Of a DNA stretch of 32,456 nucleotides, positions 10,858 to 22,004 are shown one piece after another. Positions within the stretch are counted from its first letter, which is position 1, and every line of letters begins with the position of its first letter. A program made the translations under genes and the position numbers. The notes below the pieces were generated by a model. It did no database searches. It had not been told where the DNA came from and saw only the letters and a program-made list of their open reading frames with translations. Origin of the DNA: Xylographa opegraphella (lineage: Eukaryota); contig JALDZX010000036.1 of assembly GCA_022813865.1 (NCBI GenBank), forward strand, positions 186,001-218,456. The letters are read 5' to 3'.

Positions 10858-13719
10858 TCAATAAGCTTCTTGTCCAGCCTCTTCCATCTCCACAAATCCT
10901 CCACGACCCGGCATCTCCAACCCCCGTTCCCTCAACGCATCCACAAAGTCCCAGAATTCCTCTTTCCCCTTCCAACCCCGACTCCCGAACCTCAGCAAGC
11001 CCTCTTTCTCATCCGTTACATCCCTGACCAAGTCCTTCACTAGATCCCATTCTTCCGCTTGCGCTAGGGCCTTCAGCGCCCCCAGCAACGCAATCCACCC
11101 CGGCCTCTTTCCCTCGAGGGGCATACGCCGCAGAACGGCCAGCATCTTGTCGATCGCGCCGACGCGGCCGTAGCCCTCGATCATGCGGTCGTAGAAGATG
11201 TGATCGACAGGCGACTTCTCGAGCTCGATACGGCGACAGAGGCCGTCGATGGCAGGGAGGTCGGGCGGAGTGAGCGAGAAGTAGTGCGTGACGAGGATGG
11301 TGTAGATGTGAGGGGTAGGCTTGATGCCTTGGTCGGTCATGCGGGCGAGCGTGGCGCGTGCAGCCGGGAGGTTGAAGTACTTGGGGTGCAGGAGGCCGTC
11401 GAGGATGGTGCTGTAGGTCTGGATGGTGGCTTTGATGTTGTGGTCTTGCATGTCCTTGAAGATGCGCACAATGAGGGCTTGCTGCGCTTCCGGAGACTGG
11501 ACCTCGAAGGCGCTGCTAGGGTTACGGAAGATGCCGTCTATGATGATGGTGAATGTCACCACGTCGGGGTCGCAGGCGTGGTGTTTCATTTCGCTGAGGA
11601 TTTTCTGCACCTGCTCGGAGTCATCGTGGCGGACGGCAGGGCGGAGCAGGATGTTAAAGGTTGTGGTGTCGGGTTTGATGTTCTTTGAAATGGCCCAGGA
11701 TAGGATCTGCTGAGCGAGGTTGGGCTTTCGGTTACCTAAGAGTCCCGAAATTGCAGCGTTGATTGGGACCATGGACGGGGAAAATTGGTCGGCTTCATGA
11801 ATTGTTCCTTGTGCGTTTGTACCTTTCGAGGCTAAATGATCCTTTGACAACTTCCAAGCTTTTTCTAGGTCGTCAACGGCATTCAAAGCCGATTGCCAAT
11901 CTTTACAATGAAGGAGGCCGCTGATGTAAACTGTCCATGCTTGATTAGTGTTTTGCATCTCGGCGACTTCCATGCGCCGCCAAATCGATTTTAACGACAC
12001 CAGATCTTGGGTTTTTTTGCAACCTTCAAGCAGGGTTACCCAGTGCATTGTAGTTGGTTTGTATCCGTGCTTGCACATGGTATTCCACACTTCGGTGGCA
12101 TAATCTGGACGACCCACCGCGAAGAAAGTCCGGAGAAATTCCACGAACACCGAACTATAGCTGCTCGTACGCGTGCTCATCTGTTCCATTTCTCGTTTCC
12201 AGAGTTTTAGAGCAAGCTTCACGTCCCATTCCTTAGCAGCCCGACGTAAAAGACTGCTTGTTGATTGTATCTTTGGACCTGTGGGGACCGTATTGATTGA
12301 TATCTCCTCGGTGACCATAAAATGTTCATTGTCATCATATAGTAGAGCCGTTTCTTTGCCTGCTGCTACTCTGTTTATCGTTCCTCTTGCGCGCTTGGAG
12401 ACAGCACCCTTCCTTTTTTTGCTACCATTTGCTTGCTGACGATCCTGTGCTTCGCGTCGGATGCTACGCCATTCGTCACAAAGCCGATCGGCGATAGCTG
12501 GCACGACGCCCCTTCTCTTAAGACCAAGACTGAGGCTATCTAAAACCGCTTGGTCGTCAGAGCTAGTGCTCGAGATGATTCTCGTCATTAAATCCATGAA
12601 AGGCTTAGATTCGACAGACAACGAATCCGAGATAATGGATGATTGCAGGGCTGCACGTAGAGAGATATAAGTAACTGCAGCGGCCGCGGCAAGGGCGGTA
12701 GTGTTTGGAATTGCGGTAATTTTGGGAAAACAGTACAGCAATTGGATAGAAAATCCTGGTCGTGGGCCACAATTGACATGATCAAGTGCTTCTGGTGATA
12801 AAAGTCCTTCCCAATTTTGAGCCACCGCAGCATGATCATGCATGGCAGCTGCGTTGTGTGCAGTCTTACCTGCATTACGAGACAGCTTGACAGGAGCAGC
12901 ACCGAACACTTTTGCAAATATCTTCCATACTTGTATCACATCGGAGAGCAGACAAAGGGACCGCCGAAACCGACTGTCCGACACCAAACTCCAGACTTCG
13001 CCTTCGCCCGAGCTTGTTCTAGACTTTGTCACCTCTGCCAGCAATTTCAATTGTATCATATACCACCATTGCTCAACCATTACATCGCAGGCAATGTAAG
13101 TCTGTGCAAGTTCTGCAGGCTTTGCCTTGCCCTCATTACCCAGGAGCGAGACACGTTCCTTAAGGACTTTGAACAGGAAATTCCGAAGCGTATCATTGTG
13201 TTTCAGCAAGGCTACCTCGTCGGCAGTTCTGGTACCGTGGCCAGCTTGATTCTTGAAACTAGGAAGCCTGGTCATGGTATCCAGTACTTTTTTGGTAGGG
13301 ACATCCTTATCCAGCATTCCCTGAATAGTAGCAAGGTCATTTTTTAATATATTTGATGGGCTATGGTCGACAGGAACGTATGTAGGATTAAGCGTTTGCG
13401 AATACCGAGACCTGACCGGCAAGTCGGGTCTTGCTCGCTGCGTGGATTGAAAAAGTCTCTCGAGCATACTGTTGACGCTCTCCAATGGTTTGCCCCAAAC
13501 GGGCACAGTGGAGCTGTCAACACTCTTGGACTCATGCTTCTCATCTTGTGCCTTCGCGATACGCTCTTTCTTCTGCTTATTGGCGGATAGGACGGCGCTG
13601 TTTGTATCATCGGGCTTGGGAGAGGAAGAGCTCAGGGAGATGAAGCTTCTGCTTTTGAGTGGGAAGAGGATCCGATTGGCACGCTGCCGACATCGAAGAC
13701 AAACATATGGAACGCTCAT
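10858..13719 (-). CDS. Mitochondrial pentatricopeptide repeat (PPR) protein
   Basis: Intronless ORF with first ATG at 13719 (MSVPYVCLRCRQRANRILF.., presequence-like). C-terminal ~35-aa repeats: KPTTMHWVTLLEG, KPDTTTFNILLR, DPDVVTFTIIIDG, IQTYSTILDG, KPTPHIYTILV, DHIFYDRMIEGYGRVG. Confidence 0.88.
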   Translation of the reverse strand: MSVPYVCLRCRQRANRILFPLKSRSFISLSSSSPKPDDTNSAVLSANKQKKERIAKAQDEKHESKSVDSSTVPVWGKPLESVNSMLERLFQSTQRARPDLPVRSRYSQTLNPTYVPVDHSPSNILKNDLATIQGMLDKDVPTKKVLDTMTRLPSFKNQAGHGTRTADEVALLKHNDTLRNFLFKVLKERVSLLGNEGKAKPAELAQTYIACDVMVEQWWYMIQLKLLAEVTKSRTSSGEGEVWSLVSDSRFRRSLCLLSDVIQVWKIFAKVFGAAPVKLSRNAGKTAHNAAAMHDHAAVAQNWEGLLSPEALDHVNCGPRPGFSIQLLYCFPKITAIPNTTALAAAAAVTYISLRAALQSSIISDSLSVESKPFMDLMTRIISSTSSDDQAVLDSLSLGLKRRGVVPAIADRLCDEWRSIRREAQDRQQANGSKKRKGAVSKRARGTINRVAAGKETALLYDDNEHFMVTEEISINTVPTGPKIQSTSSLLRRAAKEWDVKLALKLWKREMEQMSTRTSSYSSVFVEFLRTFFAVGRPDYATEVWNTMCKHGYKPTTMHWVTLLEGCKKTQDLVSLKSIWRRMEVAEMQNTNQAWTVYISGLLHCKDWQSALNAVDDLEKAWKLSKDHLASKGTNAQGTIHEADQFSPSMVPINAAISGLLGNRKPNLAQQILSWAISKNIKPDTTTFNILLRPAVRHDDSEQVQKILSEMKHHACDPDVVTFTIIIDGIFRNPSSAFEVQSPEAQQALIVRIFKDMQDHNIKATIQTYSTILDGLLHPKYFNLPAARATLARMTDQGIKPTPHIYTILVTHYFSLTPPDLPAIDGLCRRIELEKSPVDHIFYDRMIEGYGRVGAIDKMLAVLRRMPLEGKRPGWIALLGALKALAQAEEWDLVKDLVRDVTDEKEGLLRFGSRGWKGKEEFWDFVDALRERGLEMPGRGGFVEMEEAGQEAY

Positions 13720-13988
13720 TTGCTCTCGTTCGCCAGGGTATGAAGCATGTTTCGAAAGAGTTAACTGTTTGGATGTAGGATTTTCGATTATCCGCTCCGT
13801 CCAGTCAAGCGTGAGCCTTACTTGAAATCTTGGCACGCTTGGCGGATTCTCGAGTCGTTAAGCAGCCAGTAAAGTTGTATCTACATTCCCCTACTACTTT
13901 CTTATATTTGATGGCCAAGTAATGCTCAGTATTAGTGTCTGTCTTCGTAGGGGCAGTTTTCCTGCCTAACACGAAATATTACTAAGAT

Positions 13989-16100
13989 ATGACGACTTTC
14001 GTCCCTCGCGAGCCATACTCAGAGGCTGAACTCGTACGTTTATATCCCAAAGAACTAGATCTGCAGCTTGTCCAAATTGTAGGTTGTACCTTGTTCGTTG
14101 TGTCCATGGCAAATCTGTACTGTTTTTTTCGCAGTTGCTTGAAAAACATAAATATATGCCGTACTTTATGGACCGAAGTATTATGTCATCGATAGTCTTG
14201 TAGAGACGTGTGACGAGAAGCGAGAAATACTCCGTGATCTTATAATACTAACCATAGGCTTGGTAGCTTTTAAGGCATGGTGAACGCAGTCCCGTATCTG
14301 CCAGGTTCCGCAATGTAAGCTGTCATAAATCATATTCCGAGTCACTTCATTTAATTAGGCTTAGGCAGGACTTGCGGCGTGTGAGAAAGAATAGTGTCGG
14401 CAGACATACATGTGGTTGCTAAGATACATTCAGATTGGCCCTACTGTAATGCTGCAAAACGGATGACCAGTGCTGTGATGACGCAGAAGGACTGGTCGTC
14501 ATTCGACAAACTTGATTGGCGGCGACGGTTGGAGACGTTCGGCGAGGACGATGGACCAATTATTGCGGCAGGACCGAAAGGAGAGATAGATGGAGTATGG
14601 TATGGATCCCAGCTCAGATTTCGATCCGAGTTCGTCTGATTTGCGATAAGTCAACTTGGCGAACTCACAGATAAAGGTCGAGAGACAACTCTAGCAGTTG
14701 GCCAGCGACTTCGTCATCTCTATGTTGATCAACTGGGCTTCATGCCGAAGATCATAATGGACGCAGATATGATTTATTTACGAGCTACTCCCATGGCACG
14801 AGCGCTCGAATCTCTCCAACAGAGTTTTGTTGGGATGTATCCTCTGAACACCCGAACGGGCTCATTCCCCCCTCCAACAATCATTACGCGAGCGCCTGCA
14901 GACGAAACACTATTTCCTAATGAAAGCAACTGCCGGAGATTCAGCCAATTGAGTCGAGCTTTCGGACAGAGGACAGCAGATCGGTGTAGGTATCTTGACA
15001 GCAGTTTTCGTGCTTAATGTCACCCATGTGAATGTGCTAATGAGACATAGGGAACAAAACCACAGAGATGGACTACCTCAACAGCCTCATCTCCAAATGG
15101 ATGCCCGAAGACTCTAAACGCGTGGCTGTAGATTCACATCCTCGTCTCTCGGGTACCGACCCATCCGCTAAATAGAATCGAACACTCTAATGATACAATT
15201 TGGTATAGGTATAATGGACACTGTCAACTCCACTCTGGCCCACGGCCCCAAAACCCGTCTCCCCGCAGCTTTCTACGACCCTAAAGGTCGCGAAATCATC
15301 GACAAGATCGGCGTCGAGGAGTGGTTCTCCGGCTTCCACGAAAGCAACGAATACCGCACTGTCGGGATAGGCGGCTTGGTCGGCGATGTTGTGTCGCGCA
15401 TGGTCGGAACCGTGGAACGCAATGGGAACGACGGCATTCTCGAAGTTGGAGGCGACGTCAACGAAATGGGTAAGGGCCGAGGGGGCGAAAAGAGAATCAA
15501 GTTCGGCATGAGTGGGTGCCACGATACCACACTTGCGGCTGTTCTAACCAGCCTCGGCGCTTTCGAAGGCGAGCCATGGCCGTCATATACGAGCCACATA
15601 GCCGTGGAGCTGTTCAGGAGATCGCCTTCGACAAACGCGGAAACGACACCTGGCAGGAGCAGCTACAACGAGACAAATCACACCCAAACTGGCGCTAGCG
15701 AAAACCGGAGCTTCTGGTCCTCCTTGTTCGGGGCCGCCAAGCAAAAAGCCGCTCTCGAGACCCCATCTTCGCAAGGCGTCGCCCGCCAGAAAGTCGACAC
15801 GCTCAGCACTATGGGCAAGAAGAAGCTCGACGGCTACTACGTGCGGGTACGGTACAACGACCGGGTGATGACCGTACCCGGGTGCAAGGCAGCAGGGAAC
15901 CACCTGGACGGCGACGAGAGTTTCTGTACATTGGTATGCACACCACCATAAGCCGATAGCTACAAAGCGCTAACCTCGTTTCGCAGGAAGCCTTCAAGCG
16001 CATCGCGGATAAATTCACACCGAGAAACTGGAAGCAAGCCTGCGCGGCGAACTTGGACCAGCCGGCTTTTCCGGCACGCATAGAGGAGGCTGGGTATTAG
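13989..16100 (+). CDS. Histidine acid phosphatase (branch 2, ACP6-like); 8 exons 13989-14078, 14267-14314, 14365-14380, 14434-14599, 14651-14985, 15051-15152, 15209-15933, 15987-16100
   Basis: The spliced model restores catalytic LLRHGERSP, CQLGELTDKGR, YLRATPMARALESLQ and SGCHDTTLA. All junctions are GT..AG and in frame. Confidence 0.88.
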
Positions 16101-16528
16101 ACCGCGGGGAGTAGACGTATATAAGTACATAAGGTTGGAACTGCCTGAAAGACGGCTGACGTTCGCGGATTAGAGTACAGTCAGCGCTATTGGTGCATCG
16201 GGCCTTCGGGCTTACAGGTCACGGGGACTAGATTTGGAATATCATCACCGCTTAGAGGTCCAATCTATCGTCAGCATTCGTATATCTCGTATATTCAAGT
16301 CATATGTGCAAATCGTAATCACTAAACAATGACACTGCAGTTCACCAGAACCCACGGCTCGAATTACTGAGCTTTGAGTACATTCCCCACTACACCACAC
16401 ATGCCACCCCGCGCAATTGATAATACGGCCATTATTAAAATTTAGCACTCGGCCAAGCTAACCCCCCAAAAAGATCTCCCTAGTATATGACATACTCAAT
16501 CCTTCTTACCCCTCCAATCCCTACCCAT

Positions 16529-16940
16529 CTACAACCCCAAACAAGACCCCGAAACCTGCGTCTGCGGCGGCCCGACGAACGCCGAGTCCGCCCCAACCAC
16601 AGTCGTGGAGCTACCGTCGATGCCGACGAACGAGCAACTAGCGCCGCCGGCGGAAGCGATGGAGGAGACGCTGAGCGGGTTTGCTGCAAGGCGTGTCAGA
16701 AAAGGCAAACCGCATAGATTTTCTATGGAATGCTGGGTAGGGGAGCGGGAAAAGGGACGACGCACTGATGGTGAAGTCGGAGCCGTCGGTGGGGACGGAC
16801 ATGGAGAAGGAGGCGTCGGCGGCGCCGAAGAAGGTGATCTGCGCTTGGAACTGGCGGGCCTCGACTGCGGCGGGGGTGGGGACGGCGGAGACGAGGGCGG
16901 CGAGCAGAGGGAGGGCCGTGAGGATGGTGAGGGACTTCAT
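16529..16940 (-). CDS. Small secreted protein (109 aa, 2 Cys); exons 16940-16766, 16683-16529
   Basis: Signal peptide MKSLTILTALPLLAALVSA, propeptide ending VEAR, intron GTGCGT..CAG, and mature part QFQAQITFFGAA..TNPLSVSSI..CSFVGIDGS..VGPPQTQVSGSC. TATATAAA lies upstream. Confidence 0.82.
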
Positions 16941-17056
16941 GGTTCGGGAGGAGATGCCTGGGAGACTGGTTATGGTAGAATGTGTGTGATACAAAAATGG
17001 CAGGCGGAAAACGGCAGAGGCTCTGGTGGTTTGTTGATCGGGGAGGCTTGCAAGCC

Positions 17057-17064
17057 TTTATATA
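17057..17064 (-). promoter_or_regulatory. Candidate TATA box of the small secreted protein gene
   Basis: TATATAAA on the minus strand about 120 bp upstream of ATG 16940. Confidence 0.5.
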
Positions 17065-18270
17065 GTCTGGGAGACATAATCATCCTGCAGGCTCTATGTC
17101 ACGACACTCTTTCGGATGGACATCACCACGGTGATCACCTAGTCTGATAAGCAAGTAGTGTGAAACTCGCATCCGTACTGCGCGAATAGATGAGCTGATC
17201 ATCGTATTGCGTGGTCTTGGCTCCATGGCCTTCGTAAGATCCATTAGAACTAATGGTTGAAAGCGGTAAAGACAATAAACAAGCCTAAATATCACGAAGC
17301 TGACAAAGAAAGTACCTCCTGAGTGGTTGAATTGTGGAGATCCCAGATGTCGCCTACAACCGTATAGCATGATACACATACATTTTCTCGCAAACAACAT
17401 TCTGTAGTAAAGCTAATGAAATTGACTTGATTGTATTAGAAGTGCTCGACAGTACCAGGACGAAGAGCAGCAGCCTGATATCTTCGGACAGGCCGATCGA
17501 CTCGACTCATAGAGAACTGCACAGAAGAAAACGCCATACTGCTATGTGCACTCGACTGTGGCAACATGCGCTGACCTGACAAATACCTAGGAGACCCTCC
17601 AGCCCGACAAAGAAAGGCTATTTTGGGGCTGTCAGCTGGTAGATATCGCGTAAAAACTTCGTAGCAATGTGGAGAGCATAAGTCGACTCATGTCGTGTAA
17701 CCTTGGTCAGGTCCTTCGGATTATATCTGTGTCGAGTGGAATGGACACGTTTTAAGCGGTATGATTTAAGCAATGGTGGCTATCTTTAGGCCGCCGTAGG
17801 AGCGCCCAGCGTTGACTCAAATTCCATGCCACAATAGTTCGTGGGAGTGTTTCATGTACCATGTTGACAGCAGCAGCCGAAGTTAGGGCACAGAAAGCTC
17901 CTGCGGGCGTTTCACAGCTCTCTGTCCCACGTGTCAGCTCGTATGGCCTCGTGCATCTGTAACACAGTGTGAGAAGTTTCACGCTGGCATATCAATTCCT
18001 CTGGAGAGACCACAGCTATAATCGTAGACATACTGCATGATCACAGGCATCAGAGCTCTTACGCGCCCCAAGGCTTGAAGTCGAAAATTGATAGTGCTGT
18101 TGAGAGTCTTCAATAGCGCACACGCGACATGCGCATGCCACACTGACAATGAAAACTCCCAGACAGCTCTGCGAGGATATGAACCGCTGGAAGCAGCGGG
18201 GAATTTGGATATATCAGCCGAATATTGCACAAGTTCTTTCAATCGGTATTGATGATGACTGGTGGGCACA

Positions 18271-19275
18271 ATGAAATCATCAGCTGGCCTGGCACTTCTC
18301 CTCATCTCATACACTTTGTGGTTCCATGGTCTTCAGGCGTTACGTAGGTTCGCATCAAACAGCCGGCGGCTATGGCAGATATTCAATGGCTTACTGAGAT
18401 GGTAGCGGACATGCTCCGTTGCGGCGCATACACGATCACCGGTTGTCAAAATCATGCGCAGACAGCTTGTCTTCGGATCCAGGAGCTAAACATCAAACTT
18501 CGTCTTGTTGTCGATGATGCAAAGAAGGGCCAGGAGAGTCAGCACGGTTACGAGACGTTCTTCAAGCTCGATGCCTCGGCGTCGTTTGTTGTCAATATAT
18601 TTGAGCACATCATGGCAGGTTTACCACGCACTGATCTATCTCTTCCAGCCGGTGAAGCCCACAGTCCAATGTTGGTTTGTGAAGGCGGGTTTTCTATTTT
18701 AGGCATTGGTCTTTCCGAACCTCGAGCACCAGCGACTGCTATAGATATATGTTATCATGTTTATGGTCCTCCCGTCTTTTTCGTCCGTCACTCACGTTTT
18801 GTTGTGCTATGCAACGGATTCTGGAATTTGTTACCTATTCCACCCACAGGAATAAGTACATGTGCAAGTGTGTCTGATAACAAGTTTGTCGGAAATCCAG
18901 AGAACGAAAACATTGGGGCCAGGCTATCCGGACAACAAAAGAATCTCGTCAATTATGGACGCTACCAGCTTTTACGCGGTTTGGTCGATTTCTATCTTGA
19001 CGTAGTAAGTCTGGAGTCAATCGGAAACCCCACACCAGCAGCTCTCGATTGGAATCGATGCATTCAGCTTAACGCACTCGATGCAAAGACCAACCCAAGC
19101 AATTACCAGCTCTACGCTGCAAGTAAGTCTTCCTTGATACCAGACGAAGTTAGCATTTCTGTTTTCATGGTGATAGCTAACAATGTGCCTTCCTCCAACA
19201 GACGTGATTGCTGGATGCCGTAACTTCCCTTCCGCCTCAAGAGCACCTTGCAGAAACTCGGTAAACATTTCCTGA
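18271..19275 (+). CDS. Secreted Cys-containing protein (~287 aa), possibly of zincin-like (M35/Asp f2-type) fold but lacking HExxH; exons 18271-18343, 18406-19122, 19202-19275
   Basis: ATG 18271 gives signal peptide MKSSAGLALLLISYTLWFHGLQA. Intron GTAGGT..ACTGAG..TAG joins in frame to ORF 18372-19223. A second intron GTAAGT..GCTAAC..CAG leads to TGA at 19275. Motifs GYETFFK, VVLCNGFW and NPSNYQLYA. Confidence 0.7.
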
Positions 19276-22004
19276 ACCAACAGTCAAGCTGGGAACATGT
19301 ACTTCAAGTGTGCGCTACGGATTGACATTTGGCAGCTGAAAACTGACGTACTCCTAGAACAAGGGACTGGACCGGGAAAAAAGATCCAGAGTCTTATTGG
19401 GCCTAGTAATACTCAGACAATACAGAAATACAGTAAACAAGTGAATCCGATTGGATGCGGACTTTGTAAAAGCTCATTCTATGCTGCACATCTAAAAACT
19501 GCCATACACATAATGCAATCAGAAATCTCAACTCGCAAATGGTATGGCTTCTCATTCCTTATGTTACAGCAGCAGCAGCAGTATAGAGCCCCAATATGTG
19601 TTTTCTTTCGAGACAATTCTTGTAAGAGTAATTGGAAGAAATCCCAAGTATATGAACTGCCAACGTCGGTATGGAGCTCTTACTTGTGGCGGTATATTAC
19701 ATCGAACAAGATTTTAGGGCTTTCATGATCTGCCTGGATAGCATGTCAGTACATGTTAGGACTGTGAAGATATCCAGCGTGACAATGGTATGTAAGATCA
19801 GAAGGTCTCCAAGGTGTGTATCCACATAGATCTTTCAGAACAGGTCTGTGATATATATGCTTGAATTTCATCATTTGAAGTGGCATCGCTGCTAGACTAA
19901 AGGATAGCATGATACTGACCTGTGAGACCTGCTCTGCTGTTTGGCGGGTTATCAGCGGCTCGCAAGAGCGCCTTTTGGGCGAGATGTGTTACATCGAAAG
20001 CGTTCCCAGAATCTGATGGGAGTGATATTTAGCGGGACATCACATCGATTCCCTATCAGCTCATGTCTGAGGACATGGAAGCATGGGTAGGTGTATCTTT
20101 ATAGCAACAGTCGGGGACAAAAATTACTCCTGAACCACTGCTGAGTGCGTGTTGAAGGCGCTAAGGCACACTCGATTAGTGTTCTAGGATATACTGACAT
20201 ACTATGTACTTTTAGGCCCTAGCTTGAGGTCCAACTCCGATCACAAATTCACGGACAACTTCTCTGCACTGCAGCATTCTTTCTGCTCCGAGATCCCCGA
20301 GTGTTCCTGCTAAATTGCTTACAGGTATCGTGTCGATCAGGCTGCTACTTGTGATAACTTTCCCTGTATCAGCTCATCAGCCGCAAGGTGTCCTAACTTA
20401 AGATCTGATATTGATCTTATATGCACCTTTCCTCTCTGCGCTGCCTCCGTTCACTTACACATGTGTTCAAATCGATTCTCCAAGAGAATATACTATTGAA
20501 CCAAGCTATAAATTGTTTTGTATGTAAATAATATTTGGTTTTAGTTCAAGCAGTAATTGGAATTGCAAGCAACCAGCAACTCGTGCTTCCTCTGGTGCTG
20601 TGAGCTTGGCGTCGACTCTGCCAAAAACGGGGTAGCGGGGGCAGGCTGGAATGGCAGCCGTCAGAGGAATTGGTGCTGGAGTCGGAGCAGCAGATCGTTC
20701 TCTTGAGCAGGTCTGCAGGAGAACGCGCGACAGTACGAGGGAAGATAATAGGAAGAGTCGAGGACGAATAGAGTTGATGTAGTTATTGACCTTCAAAACA
20801 TGCTTTATCACATGTACTCCGCAAATGCTCAGCCACAGAATCCAGTCGAGAATTCCATGTTGGCCCGAAAGCTTCAAAGCAATTCATTTAAACTCTACTA
20901 TGCAAATCTTCTTGACTAGTACCAACTGAGCCCATTTGCGTTGCATCTTCCATTGATGTATGGAAGGATTCGGCGTGGGCAGTTTGACACCAGCTGGGTC
21001 AGACCACTTCAGGTCCAGGCATATTCAACCGCGGACTCTACTCTCTACACTGTATGATTTTCTGACTCTTCGTCGGCAACGCCAGCAGCCAGAGCCTCAA
21101 GCACCTGTTTGGAATCTTTCATACCACTCTTCATATTGCGAGGCGTATATCCATACCTGTGACTATGGTAGGTAGGCTATACCCCTGGAGTTTGACCCCC
21201 AAATCACACGTAGCGCCAATCAAGAACGTAAATCTGGATTTTCCTAAACCGCCGCAAAAACATAGCGGAAGATCTCTCTCCTTTTCACGTGAGGAAGAAT
21301 GCATCAACATGATAGAGCCACGTAATGAGTGATCCGGGAAGGGCACGAGTAAAGACTTGTCACAGCTTAGGTCTGTCTCTGCCTCGTCAAATGGAATTTC
21401 GAAGCCTTGGCAGAGGTTTGCTTTTCTGCTGACAGGATACTGGACTCGATACGTATCGGATCTCGAGGGGCAGGGAGAAGAAGGAAAAGGATTCGTTCGG
21501 CTCGGAAGTTATTGCAGCACGGTACCAGCAAAAAATTCAATGGGAGAGCGAAAGGTTTGCGGAATCCGGGGCCGCTATGCTTGTCAATCCCAAGTACTCC
21601 TCGCTGCTTAGGAAAATATAGCCGCCATGATAAAGAAAGCGAGGATCGACGAGAGAATGTGTTGTAGTTAAGAAAAAACAAAAACATACAACAACTGGGA
21701 TTCGCTGGTGGTCACCCACCCAACTACTAGCCAGTCGATTTCAAGGTTATGTATGCCAGAGCGGACGGGATAGCCAGTTCTCTTGAATCTGTGGTCGTAT
21801 GTGAAAGACATGTGGCTCCCAAACAATATAATTTCGAAATGACCGGGGCCGCCAAGTCTCCTTTTCTATCCTAACAAGGCTGAAGAACCAGCTCAATTAT
21901 TTCGCCTCAGTTTAGTCTGGATACGTCATTGCCATTATTTTGGTGCCTGCTGGCTCACCACCCCATGCTACTGACCTGGAAACCAAAGCTGTATAAGCGG
22001 AATA

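Noticed and set aside
11200..11713. Antisense ORFs of 162 and 96 aa opposite the PPR gene (similar cases at 16605-17147 and 24936-25520)
   Set aside because: Shadow ORFs caused by locally GC-rich, skewed codon usage of the real genes; no recognisable motifs.
13720..13836. Non-ATG N-terminal extensions of the PPR gene (also 28829-28945 and 31965-32030)
   Set aside because: These come from GTG starts in the ORF track. The downstream ATGs give typical family N-termini, and nothing here supports non-AUG initiation.
19297..21990. Short ORFs in the 2.7-kb gap before PSD1 (19297-19728, 20506-20877, 21367-21687)
   Set aside because: No recognisable domains, codon bias or consistent splice model. 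A decayed or lineage-specific gene cannot be excluded.
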